From the NCBI GenBank assembly GCA_043802485.1, contig JAZDKZ010000006.1, forward strand, positions 32,001 to 96,000: a stretch of DNA of 64,000 bases, in the 5' to 3' direction. Below the pieces are notes generated by a model. That model was not told where the DNA came from. It saw only the letters and a list, made by a program, of their open reading frames with translations, and did no database searches. The DNA is from Candidatus Aenigmatarchaeota archaeon (GTDB lineage: Archaea > Aenigmatarchaeota > Aenigmatarchaeia > Aenigmatarchaeales > Aenigmatarchaeaceae). This document shows positions 29,757 through 38,937 of this stretch, one piece after another. Position 1 is the stretch's first letter; each line of letters opens with the position of its first letter. Both the position numbers and the translations under genes were made by a program.

Positions 29757-30155
29757 ATGAGAAACTTCGACAACAGCACCATACAACTGATAACAGCTTT
29801 TGAGAACATAGCCCAAACCGAGGTCAGGGACTGTGTCTGTTCTGATACTATCTATTTTCTTGTGAATCCTGGCAAGATGGCCAGGACCATAGGCAAGAAC
29901 GGCTACAACATAAAGAGTGCCGAGAAGATGCTCGGCAGGCAGATAAAGGTCTTTGAGTGGAGCGAGGACGAGAACCAGTTCATAAAGAACCTGATACCAA
30001 AGGTCCAGAAGGTTGAGATAAAGGACGGCAAGTGTACTGTCTCCCTTAGTTCTGAGAACCGCGGCTCCATAATAGGCAAGAAGGGCTCGAACATAAAGGT
30101 GCTTAGAATCCTTCTTGAAAGAAACAGCTCGATAAAGGATTTGAAGGTTCTATAA
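29757..30155 (+). CDS. nusA: Archaeal NusA (KH domains)
   Basis: IGKNG and IGKKG KH motifs; position after rpl30e. Confidence 0.92.
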   Translation: MRNFDNSTIQLITAFENIAQTEVRDCVCSDTIYFLVNPGKMARTIGKNGYNIKSAEKMLGRQIKVFEWSEDENQFIKNLIPKVQKVEIKDGKCTVSLSSENRGSIIGKKGSNIKVLRILLERNSSIKDLKVL

Positions 30156-31337
30156 CAAAGGCCCTACAAAAGTAAATACAATGACCGCCAGTATGGCCAA
30201 GGTTATGGCGATTGTTATTCTTCCGCCCCATTTCTTCTTGAATACCTTCTCAGCCAGTGTCTGAACGATCAAGCCTCCGTCCAGCGGGTATATCGGAAGT
30301 ATGTTGAATATGCCCACCATTATGCTAAGAGACGCTATCATGCCCAGCAGCGGGAACAGCACAGAGAAAAGACCAATGTCGCTTGTGTTGGCCCTTGACT
30401 CTATGCCCATGTAAGGAAAGCCTTTCAGCTTGGGATGCTCTGCCAGTTCGATGTCATAGTAATTCCCGTCAACTTTCAGTTCCACGACATCTCCTGGTTT
30501 GTATTGGGAAAGGCTCCCCAAGAGGATATAACTGGACATTGTCTGGGTCATGCTTTCTGTGTTGGACTTTTCTACTGTCAGCACAATGAAAGCGTAATCA
30601 TTGAAGGACATGGTTGACTCTCTGCCGCCTATGCTCTGCAGGACCATGCCAGGCTCCAGGCCTAATTGCCCTGCTGGTGACGTCTCGTTGACACCTGTTA
30701 TCAGGACGCCGCTCACATTGGGAGACCATACAAGGGCTTGGACAAGTATCAGAACCAGAACACCTATCGATATGTTGATGAAGCTGCCCGCGGAGAATAT
30801 CCTCAGCTTTGTCATGAGCTTTGATTTCTTTATCTGCTTCTCGTCCGGCTCGACGAATGCTCCTGGGAATATTGCCAGCAGCAAGAGGCCTACATCCTTC
30901 AGCCTTATACCTTCTGCCCTTGCTATTATGCCGTGCATCGCCTCGTGGGGAATCAATATTATCGCTATCGCGATTATCCAGAACCAGAAAGGTATGCCGA
31001 TGAAACCCGGGCCGACTACCATCTGCTCCGAAGGTATGGGCAGGGCTATTGACAGAGCTGGCTGTTCTATGACCCCGCTGTAAACAAGATAAGCGATATT
31101 GACCATGTTCCATGTCCCATATAACATGAAGAACAGGCACACTAGGAAAGCCAGGGTCCCTATAATCTTCCAGAAGCCTATTGATTTCTTGGCTATCCTG
31201 TCAAGGACGTCCCTGAACTTCTTGGTCCTTCTCATTATCAGTATGTATTTGAAGTCGATGTTCTTCCTGTCCCTGTATATCACTATTCCCAGAAGACCGA
31301 AGAACACCAAAACTGACGCCGTGTAAAGGTCAATCAT
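30150..31337 (-). CDS. Site-2 protease (M50) with PDZ domain
   Basis: HEAMH, GAFVEPD, NILPIYPLDGG. Confidence 0.93.
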   Translation of the reverse strand: MIDLYTASVLVFFGLLGIVIYRDRKNIDFKYILIMRRTKKFRDVLDRIAKKSIGFWKIIGTLAFLVCLFFMLYGTWNMVNIAYLVYSGVIEQPALSIALPIPSEQMVVGPGFIGIPFWFWIIAIAIILIPHEAMHGIIARAEGIRLKDVGLLLLAIFPGAFVEPDEKQIKKSKLMTKLRIFSAGSFINISIGVLVLILVQALVWSPNVSGVLITGVNETSPAGQLGLEPGMVLQSIGGRESTMSFNDYAFIVLTVEKSNTESMTQTMSSYILLGSLSQYKPGDVVELKVDGNYYDIELAEHPKLKGFPYMGIESRANTSDIGLFSVLFPLLGMIASLSIMVGIFNILPIYPLDGGLIVQTLAEKVFKKKWGGRITIAITLAILAVIVFTFVGPLL

Positions 31338-31388
31338 ATGTTCTTTTTATTTGTTGTAGTATAAATAATTTTAATATCAGTGATTTTC

Positions 31389-33029
31389 ATGAACGATATT
31401 TTTTGGTCAGACGAGATAGCAAGCCTCATGATCAATAGGAAAAAATACAATCATATTGACAAGAGGATTGAACCTTCAAAGAGCTTTGCTATAAAGAGCT
31501 CCACTTCCATATCCGGAGTTCCGCACATAGGCAATGCTTCTGATGTCATAAGGCATGATGCGGTCGTCAGGTCCTTGAAAGAAAAGGGGATGGATGTAAG
31601 GTTCATCTGGGTGGCTGAGGATATGGATGCTTTGAGAAAGGTTCCGGCAGGAATACCTGCCAACTTCGAGAAATACCTGGGCATGCCTGTTGCGGATGTG
31701 CCATGTCCTGAAGGCTGCCACAAGACCTACAGCGAGCATTTCTGCTCAAAGTTTGTTGACAGCCTGAAAGAGTTCGGGACGTATCCAGAGTACCTGTCGA
31801 CCTCGAAAGAATACAGAGCAGGCAACTTTTCTAAATGGATAAAGACGGTTTTCGAGAACCTGGATGAGGTAAGAAGCATTCTCAACAAAGGCAGGAAGAT
31901 CCCTCTCCCGGATGATTGGAATCCTTGGAAGCCTGTCTGCCAGAACTGTGGCAAATTAATGACGACAAAGGTGATTGGGGTTGACGGCAACAGCGTAAGA
32001 TACTCTTGCGATGACTACCAGTTCAAGCCGTACGGCGAGAAGGCCTACACAAAGCTCACAGGTTGCGGTCACAAGGGAGAGAGCGACATGAAGAACGGCA
32101 AATTGCTATGGCGTGTCGAATGGGGGATGCTCTGGGCTCACTGGAAAATAAACTTGGAAGGCGCTGGCAAGGAGCATTTCATGCCGAGCGGTTCGTTCTG
32201 GAGTGCTGGCGAGGTCGCTGAAAAGATATTCGGCTGGCCGGAGCCTTATCCTGGAAAGAACTACATACAGCCTTACGAGTATCTGACGATATCAGGCAAG
32301 AAGATGTCTGCTTCTGTTGGCAATGTCGTTTCCACATGGGAATGGCCAACGTTCGCTCCGGCGCAGATACTCAGGATGATATTTCTGAAAAAGCCGAATC
32401 GTGTGAGGGACTTTTCATATGAATATATTCCAAAGTACATGGACGAGTTCTACAGACTGCAGAGGATATATTTCGGCAAGGAGGAGGACGACAGGGAGGA
32501 ATTCTCCAAGAGGCTCTATATGATGAGCGAGGTTTATGTGCCTGATAAGATGCCTGCGCAGATACCTTTTGAATATGCTGCCATGGTATCTCAAATGGTT
32601 CCTGAGAAAAATTCTTTAGAAAAGGCTGTGCAGTTATTCAGGGCTACAGGTCATCTTGGCCAGGATTATGACGAAGCCAGAATCAAGAAGATTCTGAGCA
32701 TGGCAAAGAACTGGTCTGACAGGTACGGAGGCGACAGCTACAAGATAAAACTTATGGAAGAGCCGTCAAGGGAATTTTTGGAAAATTTGAGCAGCGACCA
32801 GAAGAAAGCGATAAAGATGCTGGCCGAAGCGCTTGCCGAAGACTTTTCAGAGAAAGAACTTTATAATAAGATTTTTGACATAATCAAGGAGACTGGCATA
32901 AAATCAAAGGAGTTCTTTGGAGCAGTTTACAGCATCCTCTTAGGCAAGCCTTGGGGTCCCAGGCTAACTCCTTTCATATTGATAATCGGAAGAGAAAGAG
33001 TAAAAAATATTCTGGACAAGGTTCAATAG
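31389..33029 (+). CDS. lysS: Class I lysyl-tRNA synthetase
   Basis: SGVPHIGN, GKLLWRVEW, KMSAS, GPRL. Confidence 0.95.
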   Translation: MNDIFWSDEIASLMINRKKYNHIDKRIEPSKSFAIKSSTSISGVPHIGNASDVIRHDAVVRSLKEKGMDVRFIWVAEDMDALRKVPAGIPANFEKYLGMPVADVPCPEGCHKTYSEHFCSKFVDSLKEFGTYPEYLSTSKEYRAGNFSKWIKTVFENLDEVRSILNKGRKIPLPDDWNPWKPVCQNCGKLMTTKVIGVDGNSVRYSCDDYQFKPYGEKAYTKLTGCGHKGESDMKNGKLLWRVEWGMLWAHWKINLEGAGKEHFMPSGSFWSAGEVAEKIFGWPEPYPGKNYIQPYEYLTISGKKMSASVGNVVSTWEWPTFAPAQILRMIFLKKPNRVRDFSYEYIPKYMDEFYRLQRIYFGKEEDDREEFSKRLYMMSEVYVPDKMPAQIPFEYAAMVSQMVPEKNSLEKAVQLFRATGHLGQDYDEARIKKILSMAKNWSDRYGGDSYKIKLMEEPSREFLENLSSDQKKAIKMLAEALAEDFSEKELYNKIFDIIKETGIKSKEFFGAVYSILLGKPWGPRLTPFILIIGRERVKNILDKVQ

Positions 33030-33748
33030 CCGAACCTTCTCTGCCGTCTGCTGTACTCTTTGACGCATCTTATGAGGTCCCTTTTGGTAAAGTCTGGCCA
33101 GCATTTTTTCATGACTATGAGCTCTGCGTAAGCGACCTGCCATGGCATGAAGCCGGATATCCTCTTCTCGCCTCCGGTCCTTATCAGCAGGTCTATGTCG
33201 TCCTTCACCAGCAGGTTGTCCTTTATCGTTTTTTCAGTGACTGTGACAACGCCTGTCTCCAAAGCTTTCTTGGCTATCTTCTTTACAGCCTGCGTGAGCT
33301 CGAACTTGCCGCCGTAGGCAACAAGAATATTGAAGACCCTTCTGTTGTACTTTTCAGTCTTTTTCATTATCTTGCCCATCACTTTTCTCAAACCCAAGGG
33401 CAGTTTTGTCAGGTCTCCGACAAACCGCATTCTTATCTCATACTTGTCCAGAAAGCTCTTCTTCTCGTTCTCTAGCTTTTCTAGCTCTTTCTGGAAAAGA
33501 CCTAGAAGGGCATTGACCTCCATTTTGGACCTGTTCAGGTTTTCAGTTGATAGGGCGAAAACAGAGACTTTGGGTATCTTCAAATCGACGCACCACTCGA
33601 ACAATTGCTCCAGCTTCTCAGCTCCGAAAGAATGCCCTTGCCAGGGCTTTAGGCTGTGCTTAAGGGCCCATCGTCTGTTAATGGGGTTTTACTAAACCTT
33701 TCCATCCAGGATGACGCCCAAGTGACTAGGTATTGCTGTTGCCTTCAA
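33023..33748 (-). CDS. uppS: Undecaprenyl/polyprenyl diphosphate synthase (cis-prenyltransferase), spliced: exon1 33748-33700, exon2 33678-33023, 234 aa
   Basis: TTG start with GGTGG RBS; MKATAIPSHLGVILDG|NRRWA restored on removing 21 nt; LSTENLNR, YGG, DLLIRTGGEKRISGF, RRFG. Confidence 0.88.
33679..33699 (-). other. 21-nt BHB intron in the uppS mRNA
   Basis: AGGTTTAGTAAAACCCCATTA; central helix ATGG:CCAT, bulges AA|A and TA|A, inner stem GGTTT:AAACC; in-frame TAG TAA. Confidence 0.85.
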
Positions 33749-34634
33749 ATAAATACCACCCTATTTTTGTTCTTTTCATTATGCCAGATTTGACTAATAT
33801 GTGCAAATAAAGCAATATAGTGTTTCTGTGCATTTTAACATTATATTTTTTCTCTATATAAGTTTTCAACTCCCTGAAATTCAGATTTTCAGGATACGAA
33901 CCTCTTAATTTGCTATAAAGCTCTTTCAAAATTGGCGCTTTGGCGTTAGCCCTTACAGGGAACAACTTAATTAGTTCTTCTATATCTGTTTTTCTATTTC
34001 CCCTGATTATTTCCAGTTTAGTCTTTTTAGGACCTTCAAGATTCTTCAAGAAGAAACCAAAAGATTTGCTATAGAAACCGTACTTCCATCTTTTCGACCA
34101 TCTTTCGAACTTTCTTTTGAAAAGCTTAACTCTGAGTTTGTTTTCCTTTAGAATATAGACCATTTGATCCCTTAGCTTCTTACTTATCGATGTAAATTCT
34201 ATTGTTCCGTCCAACTTCACAGAGCCGTCAAAAATCAATGCTGATGAAACAAATGATATCTTGTATTTATTGCCTCCCTTCATGATTTCTTCTGGTATTC
34301 TGACTATGCTCCCTTTCTTTCCATAGGGAAACCCTAGGCTGTGAAGGTATGGTATCAGATGTTTATTGCCTATTCTGAACCTAAAACCTCCCTTTAGAGG
34401 TTTTATTGAGCCTTTCTTACCTGTTATCTCCTTTACCCATTCCGAGATCAACTTTACATTCTCAAACCATTCATCCGTCAATTCGAAATAACTAGAATAA
34501 TAGTGGTGACCATTCCACATCTTTTTCTGCCTGTAAATAGTGCCGTCTGTGGCAAGGGCGCCGCACAGCTTGCATATCGTAATTCCTATATTTCCTTCAT
34601 GGATTTTAGAATTTGTAAGGGAAAAACCTTCCAT
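33726..34634 (-). CDS. Free-standing double-motif LAGLIDADG homing endonuclease with C-terminal wHTH-like domain
   Basis: KLCGALATDGTI and FVSSALIFDGSV motifs; no intein splicing motifs. Confidence 0.82.
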   Translation of the reverse strand: MEGFSLTNSKIHEGNIGITICKLCGALATDGTIYRQKKMWNGHHYYSSYFELTDEWFENVKLISEWVKEITGKKGSIKPLKGGFRFRIGNKHLIPYLHSLGFPYGKKGSIVRIPEEIMKGGNKYKISFVSSALIFDGSVKLDGTIEFTSISKKLRDQMVYILKENKLRVKLFKRKFERWSKRWKYGFYSKSFGFFLKNLEGPKKTKLEIIRGNRKTDIEELIKLFPVRANAKAPILKELYSKLRGSYPENLNFRELKTYIEKKYNVKMHRNTILLYLHILVKSGIMKRTKIGWYLFEGNSNT

Positions 34635-34732
34635 GAGAACTTTATTACATTCTCTGCTTAAATCTGTTTTTCACCAGAATAATAAAGGAAATTAAAAAGT
34701 TAAAGTCGTTTTATTTAGAAAAGATAAGCCGT

Positions 34733-34951
34733 CTAGAACCTTCTTGGCTTTTTCTTTGCGAAACAATCTCTACAAAATACAGGCTTACCTTCGGTCGGCT
34801 TGAATGGAACTTCACATTCCTGGCCGCATTCCGAGCAAACAGCTTTGTGCATTTCTCTTGGACCCCTGTCGAAACTGGGTTTTCCTCTGTTAAAGCCGCC
34901 GCCACTTCCACCTCTGTCTCCGCCGAAGCGTCTGTCTCTATCGAATGGCAT
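34733..34951 (-). CDS. CxxC-x17-CxxC zinc-ribbon protein
   Basis: PREMHKAVCSECGQECEVPFKPTEGKPVFCRDCF. Confidence 0.92.
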   Translation of the reverse strand: MPFDRDRRFGGDRGGSGGGFNRGKPSFDRGPREMHKAVCSECGQECEVPFKPTEGKPVFCRDCFAKKKPRRF

Positions 34952-35085
34952 CTAATTCATTACTCCTTATTTAATATAAGAGTTGGTTGGTTTTGGGTCT
35001 TTATAAAGTTGATTTCTTGAGGGGTGGGGTTGAGCGAATATGAGATTTTTAAACGTATTTAAAATTTCGGTCAGAATTACATGCT

Positions 35086-35337
35086 ATGAGAACAGCTTTG
35101 CTAATAGTACCATTGATCATTTGCCTAGTTGCCGGAGCTCTCATAGGCGAGTCGCTCTTCGTCTCACAATCCAGCACTATTGATACCTTGCTGGATGAAG
35201 CTCGCTGGGCCCCTTTGAACCCCATAACAGCAGCCATGGCGGTGAACACGAAAAAAAGCCTGAACATAGTCTATGCTCTGGGTGGGTCAATAGGGTTTCT
35301 GGCAGTATTTGTTGTCATTGTCAAACTGTTCGGGTAG
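35086..35337 (+). CDS. Small membrane protein
   Basis: Two hydrophobic helices. Confidence 0.55.
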   Translation: MRTALLIVPLIICLVAGALIGESLFVSQSSTIDTLLDEARWAPLNPITAAMAVNTKKSLNIVYALGGSIGFLAVFVVIVKLFG

Positions 35338-35387
35338 ATCAGCATAACAGCTCGTTTATCTTCTTCTTGAGTTCCTTTTTCGTTCAT

Positions 35388-35606
35388 TTAATCATCTCTT
35401 TTTTTGTCAGGTTCAACTCTGACGGTAACATTCGGTCCCTTTATTCCTGCCAGTGCTGGAAGAAGATGGGAAACCATCTGTTCTGTTGTACAAGGATGTA
35501 TGGTACCGTTTGAGGCTGTTAGTGTCCAGTCTTCCTTTTCTTTTCTAAATTTGTTTATGCACTTGTTTTTAAACATGATGTAGATTGTGCATTCATCGTT
35601 CTTCAT
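35388..35606 (-). CDS. Hypothetical protein
   Basis: 72-aa ORF. Confidence 0.6.
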   Translation of the reverse strand: MKNDECTIYIMFKNKCINKFRKEKEDWTLTASNGTIHPCTTEQMVSHLLPALAGIKGPNVTVRVEPDKKRDD

Positions 35607-35635
35607 AAAATCAATTTAGAGTCTATAGAATAAAA

Positions 35636-35657
35636 ATGCGGATGGCAAGATTTGAAC
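35636..35657 (-). repeat. Degenerate copy of the tRNA-Leu 3' end (att-like)
   Basis: 20/22 identity to 37388-37409. Confidence 0.72.
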
Positions 35658-35707
35658 TAGAATGGAATTTGTATAAAAGCTTATTTAAACGCCACCAATA
35701 ATTAAGT

Positions 35708-36880
35708 ATGCTTTTAGAAATACTATCTTCCTTGTTCATACTATCATCCTCACTCAGCCTTCTTTATGCTTTTATCGTGAAAAGACCTTATCAATTAAAG
35801 GAACCAAAGGTCTTGCCAAAGGTTAGCGTCATGACATATGCATATAGGGACGACTGGGCAGGAAATGTCATAAAAAGGAAAATAAAAAACTTCCTTCAAC
35901 TGGACTATCCCAAGGACAAGTACGAGATAATAGTTTATGACAATGGGTCCACTGGCAAAACTTTGAAAATATGCAAGTATTATGAAAAAATGGGGCTGAT
36001 AAAACACTATAGAAGCGAAAAGGGATACAACCGAAAGGGCCAGGTCCTTGACGATGCTATAAGAGATGTAGCAAAAGGAGACATCATCGCCCTCACAGAC
36101 CCCGACGGGATGTGCGAAAGAGACTGGCTGATGAAGCATGTCTGCACTCTGATGAGTGACAAAAAGGTTGGTGCATCGATAGGGATGGTATTCTGCGGAA
36201 ACTGGTACAAGAACTTGCTAACTAGGATGAGAGCCATAGAGGATGTATGGATGATAGATTTTTCATATTTAGGAAGAGCGAGGATGAACGTTGAACAATA
36301 CATTTGCGGCGCTAATTATTCGTTCAAGAGGAAAGTATGGAAAGAGGTGGGTGGACACGGAAAGACACTCGCTGAAGACGGAGAAATGGCCAACAATTTG
36401 AAAAAGAGAGGATGGAAGATAGCTGTTACTGACGCAAGCGTATGGCAAGAGGAGGTCGAGAATGTCTATCATTTTTTTATACAGAGGCTGAGGTGGTACA
36501 GCATCCCAATGAGATTTGTCTTTAGCAAGAAAAAAATTACCTCAACAATCTTATCCCTTAATCCTTCGGTTATACAGACCATAAGTTTGTTTTCTTTAAT
36601 AGCCTTTATTTTTGCGAACAGTTTGCCTTTGCGCATTTTTTCCATTATTCCGTTTCTAATCTCGTTCCTAGCGATATCAATAGGTTTGTTTAAAATGAAA
36701 GAGGGGCGCCTCATTCCGTTTATCCCTCTTTATCTGACCTTTGACTCGGCATTGTCCCTTGTCTGCTTCGTGGCAGCGAGAACCTTGAGCATGTTCGGGA
36801 AGGAGGTGAGGTGGGAGAGATTATCGAAGGAAAAATACTACCATAATGGGACCAAAATAAAAATCAATAGCAATTATTAG
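35708..36880 (+). CDS. Membrane glycosyltransferase family 2
   Basis: YDNGS, TDPD, LAED, QRLRW motifs with flanking TM helices. Confidence 0.9.
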   Translation: MLLEILSSLFILSSSLSLLYAFIVKRPYQLKEPKVLPKVSVMTYAYRDDWAGNVIKRKIKNFLQLDYPKDKYEIIVYDNGSTGKTLKICKYYEKMGLIKHYRSEKGYNRKGQVLDDAIRDVAKGDIIALTDPDGMCERDWLMKHVCTLMSDKKVGASIGMVFCGNWYKNLLTRMRAIEDVWMIDFSYLGRARMNVEQYICGANYSFKRKVWKEVGGHGKTLAEDGEMANNLKKRGWKIAVTDASVWQEEVENVYHFFIQRLRWYSIPMRFVFSKKKITSTILSLNPSVIQTISLFSLIAFIFANSLPLRIFSIIPFLISFLAISIGLFKMKEGRLIPFIPLYLTFDSALSLVCFVAARTLSMFGKEVRWERLSKEKYYHNGTKIKINSNY

Positions 36881-36918
36881 AAAGTAGATAAGCTTCAGCA
36901 AAACCGAACACGTTAATA

Positions 36919-37344
36919 TTATATTTTCTTAACCGATAAGACATTAGTCTTAATTTCATGACTATTCAATTCTTCTGAGAATTTTTTCATATAATCGTTT
37001 ATGTATTCTTTGGTTTCCTTATCAATAGCTTCAATTACTTGAGGCTCTGTGTCTCTTATATTTCCAGCTGCATGCCTTGAAATATTGAAAACATGGAATG
37101 GTTTAGAAACTTCTTCCACATATAGTATCTTTCCATTTGAATCGTAAGCAGAAAGATAAAGCCTCAGATGAGTGTCGCCAGGATAAAAATAATCTGCCTT
37201 TAAGTAAGTCTCTCCTATTCCTTTCTTTTCAAGGCTATCAAAAAACTCGTTTCTATCGTTTTCTATACGAGTTCTGAAATAATTCAATAATTTTTGTTTT
37301 CTACTCTGTCTGAATTTCATAACGATCGTTTCATAATAGAACAA
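36919..37344 (-). CDS. Hypothetical protein
   Basis: 141-aa AT-rich ORF. Confidence 0.55.
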   Translation of the reverse strand: MFYYETIVMKFRQSRKQKLLNYFRTRIENDRNEFFDSLEKKGIGETYLKADYFYPGDTHLRLYLSAYDSNGKILYVEEVSKPFHVFNISRHAAGNIRDTEPQVIEAIDKETKEYINDYMKKFSEELNSHEIKTNVLSVKKI

Positions 37345-37388
37345 AAATCTTTAAATCCTTAACATGCTACCCTCCCTGCTAAAAATGA

Positions 37389-37474
37389 TGCGGAGGGCAG
37401 GATTTGAACCTGCGAAGGGACTAACCCATAGGGTCCTCAACCCTACCGAATTGACCAGACTATCGGACCTCCGC
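37389..37474 (-). tRNA. tRNA-Leu(GAG)
   Basis: GCGGAGG/CCTCCGC, TAGGG-TT-GAG-GA-CCCTA, long variable arm. Confidence 0.94.
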
Positions 37475-37544
37475 TCTATCTATCTTATAATCCAAGACAA
37501 TTAAAAGCTTTTTGGAAGCGTATTTAAAATTTTGGGACCAAGTC

Positions 37545-38576
37545 ATGCCTATGACAGTGCTTTCGATGCAGACCATAAAGGAGTATATAGAAAGGAAAAA
37601 GGACCCGTTAGAGATATATACGATAGATGTAAAGGGTCAGAAAAAACCTGTTCCATATTCTCAGATAAATTCCCATACAGTCAACCTTAGTGTCGGGAGC
37701 ATGGTAGGCGAGCTTGATCTCGACAAGTTGGCTGGGGAGATAGGCGTTCCTGAACGCGATAGGATGGATTTTTTCGGTTACGGAGGCATAAACCCATACA
37801 AGCACAGAAAAGCCATAGAAAGTAGCATGAGGATGCTGGACCTCAACAAGCTAGATAATTACATTGTCGAGAAGGAGGCTCAGAGCGATTCTGGTTGCTA
37901 TTCATGGCGAGTCAGGACCGACGATGGTTACGAGTTCTCGGCCAGAGTGGTCAAGGAAAAGGAAGAAGATACCAGGGCCAGGGGGATAATACTTCATCCA
38001 GAGACGTATAATTATATGAGCCGGTACACCCACATGGCGTCCGTTCTCAAGAATATGACAACCAACAACGCCAAAACGCTGGCTTTATCCAAGGGCATTC
38101 TGTACAGTATGAAAAAAAGAAAGAGAGGACCGACCAGATACCCTAAAAGAAGGTCAAAGTTTGGAAAAAGGGAACCGACCAGATACCTGGAGAACAGGTT
38201 AAGGCTTTTGAAAATGGAAAACATTGCCATAAGAAACCGCATCAATTTTCCTGAATACAGAGCACCGTCTGCAAGCTTCCATATAATATGGACCGACGAG
38301 TACGTCAACCTTCCCAACGACGTCACAGGCGTGATACATACCAAGAGCAAGATGGCAAGAGTGGGCATATCAACCCATCCCAGCTCGGGGAAGGTCGATG
38401 CAGGCTTCCACAACAGGCTGGCGCTGGAATACAAGAACATTGGTAGAATACCGATAGTGTTGAACATTGGAGATGGTGTTGCAGAGCTAGAGTTCCACAA
38501 GCTTGACAAGCCAACCGAAGTGGGCTACTCACAAAGGAAGAATTCGCTTTACAAGAAAAACGTGATAAACTTCTAG
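37545..38576 (+). CDS. dcd: dCTP deaminase-family protein with large internal insertion
   Basis: N-terminal VLS..I and QIN..TVNLSVG; C-terminal EYVNLP, KSKMARVG, VDAGF...LE, LEF, GY motifs. Confidence 0.75.
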   Translation: MPMTVLSMQTIKEYIERKKDPLEIYTIDVKGQKKPVPYSQINSHTVNLSVGSMVGELDLDKLAGEIGVPERDRMDFFGYGGINPYKHRKAIESSMRMLDLNKLDNYIVEKEAQSDSGCYSWRVRTDDGYEFSARVVKEKEEDTRARGIILHPETYNYMSRYTHMASVLKNMTTNNAKTLALSKGILYSMKKRKRGPTRYPKRRSKFGKREPTRYLENRLRLLKMENIAIRNRINFPEYRAPSASFHIIWTDEYVNLPNDVTGVIHTKSKMARVGISTHPSSGKVDAGFHNRLALEYKNIGRIPIVLNIGDGVAELEFHKLDKPTEVGYSQRKNSLYKKNVINF

Positions 38577-38851
38577 GCTGCCTTCAGGTGCTCGGGCTTT
38601 GCTATGACCTTCTTGGTCATGTTTATGTCCTTTATCTCGACCATATAGGCCATTCCCCTTTTTCCGACTATCTTGCCATGCCGACCCTGGAACCTTTTGA
38701 AGGGCATGCCGCTCAAGGAAGACGATTCTATGTCTATTACAACCTTCGAGCCGATGTCAAAGTTCCTCATGTATGTGTTGACAGTAACCCTGCCTATTTT
38801 TCTGAACTTTTCTCTTGTTCTTTTCCTTGGACCGTGAGATTTTGTACCCAT
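38573..38851 (-). CDS. rpl21e: Ribosomal protein eL21
   Basis: SHGPRKRTR, GMPFKRFQG, KPEHL. Confidence 0.95.
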   Translation of the reverse strand: MGTKSHGPRKRTREKFRKIGRVTVNTYMRNFDIGSKVVIDIESSSLSGMPFKRFQGRHGKIVGKRGMAYMVEIKDINMTKKVIAKPEHLKAA

Positions 38852-38937
38852 TGAATCAACCTTATTTATTATTTGGGTGAAGTAAAGTATATAAAATTAT
38901 ATAATGCCGCTTCATAAGATATAAATAATGTGTTTTT

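Noticed and set aside
28810..29809. Long antisense ORFs (e.g. 28810..29484, 28982..29809, 10673..11383, 47865..48482)
   Set aside because: They lie opposite well-supported housekeeping genes and have no motifs
33023..33604. uppS as an N-terminally truncated 193-aa gene, pseudogene or stop-readthrough gene
   Set aside because: The missing N-terminus is intact upstream, the two consecutive stops lie within a precise BHB insert, and readthrough would leave 7 extra residues in the catalytic motif
33726..34634. LAGLIDADG ORFs (also 42918..43754) as inteins or intron-encoded ORFs
   Set aside because: No Cys/Ser start or His-Asn end, not embedded in a host reading frame, and no flanking exon halves
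37700..38270. Intein in dcd
   Set aside because: No intein splicing motifs at either boundary; no BHB evident
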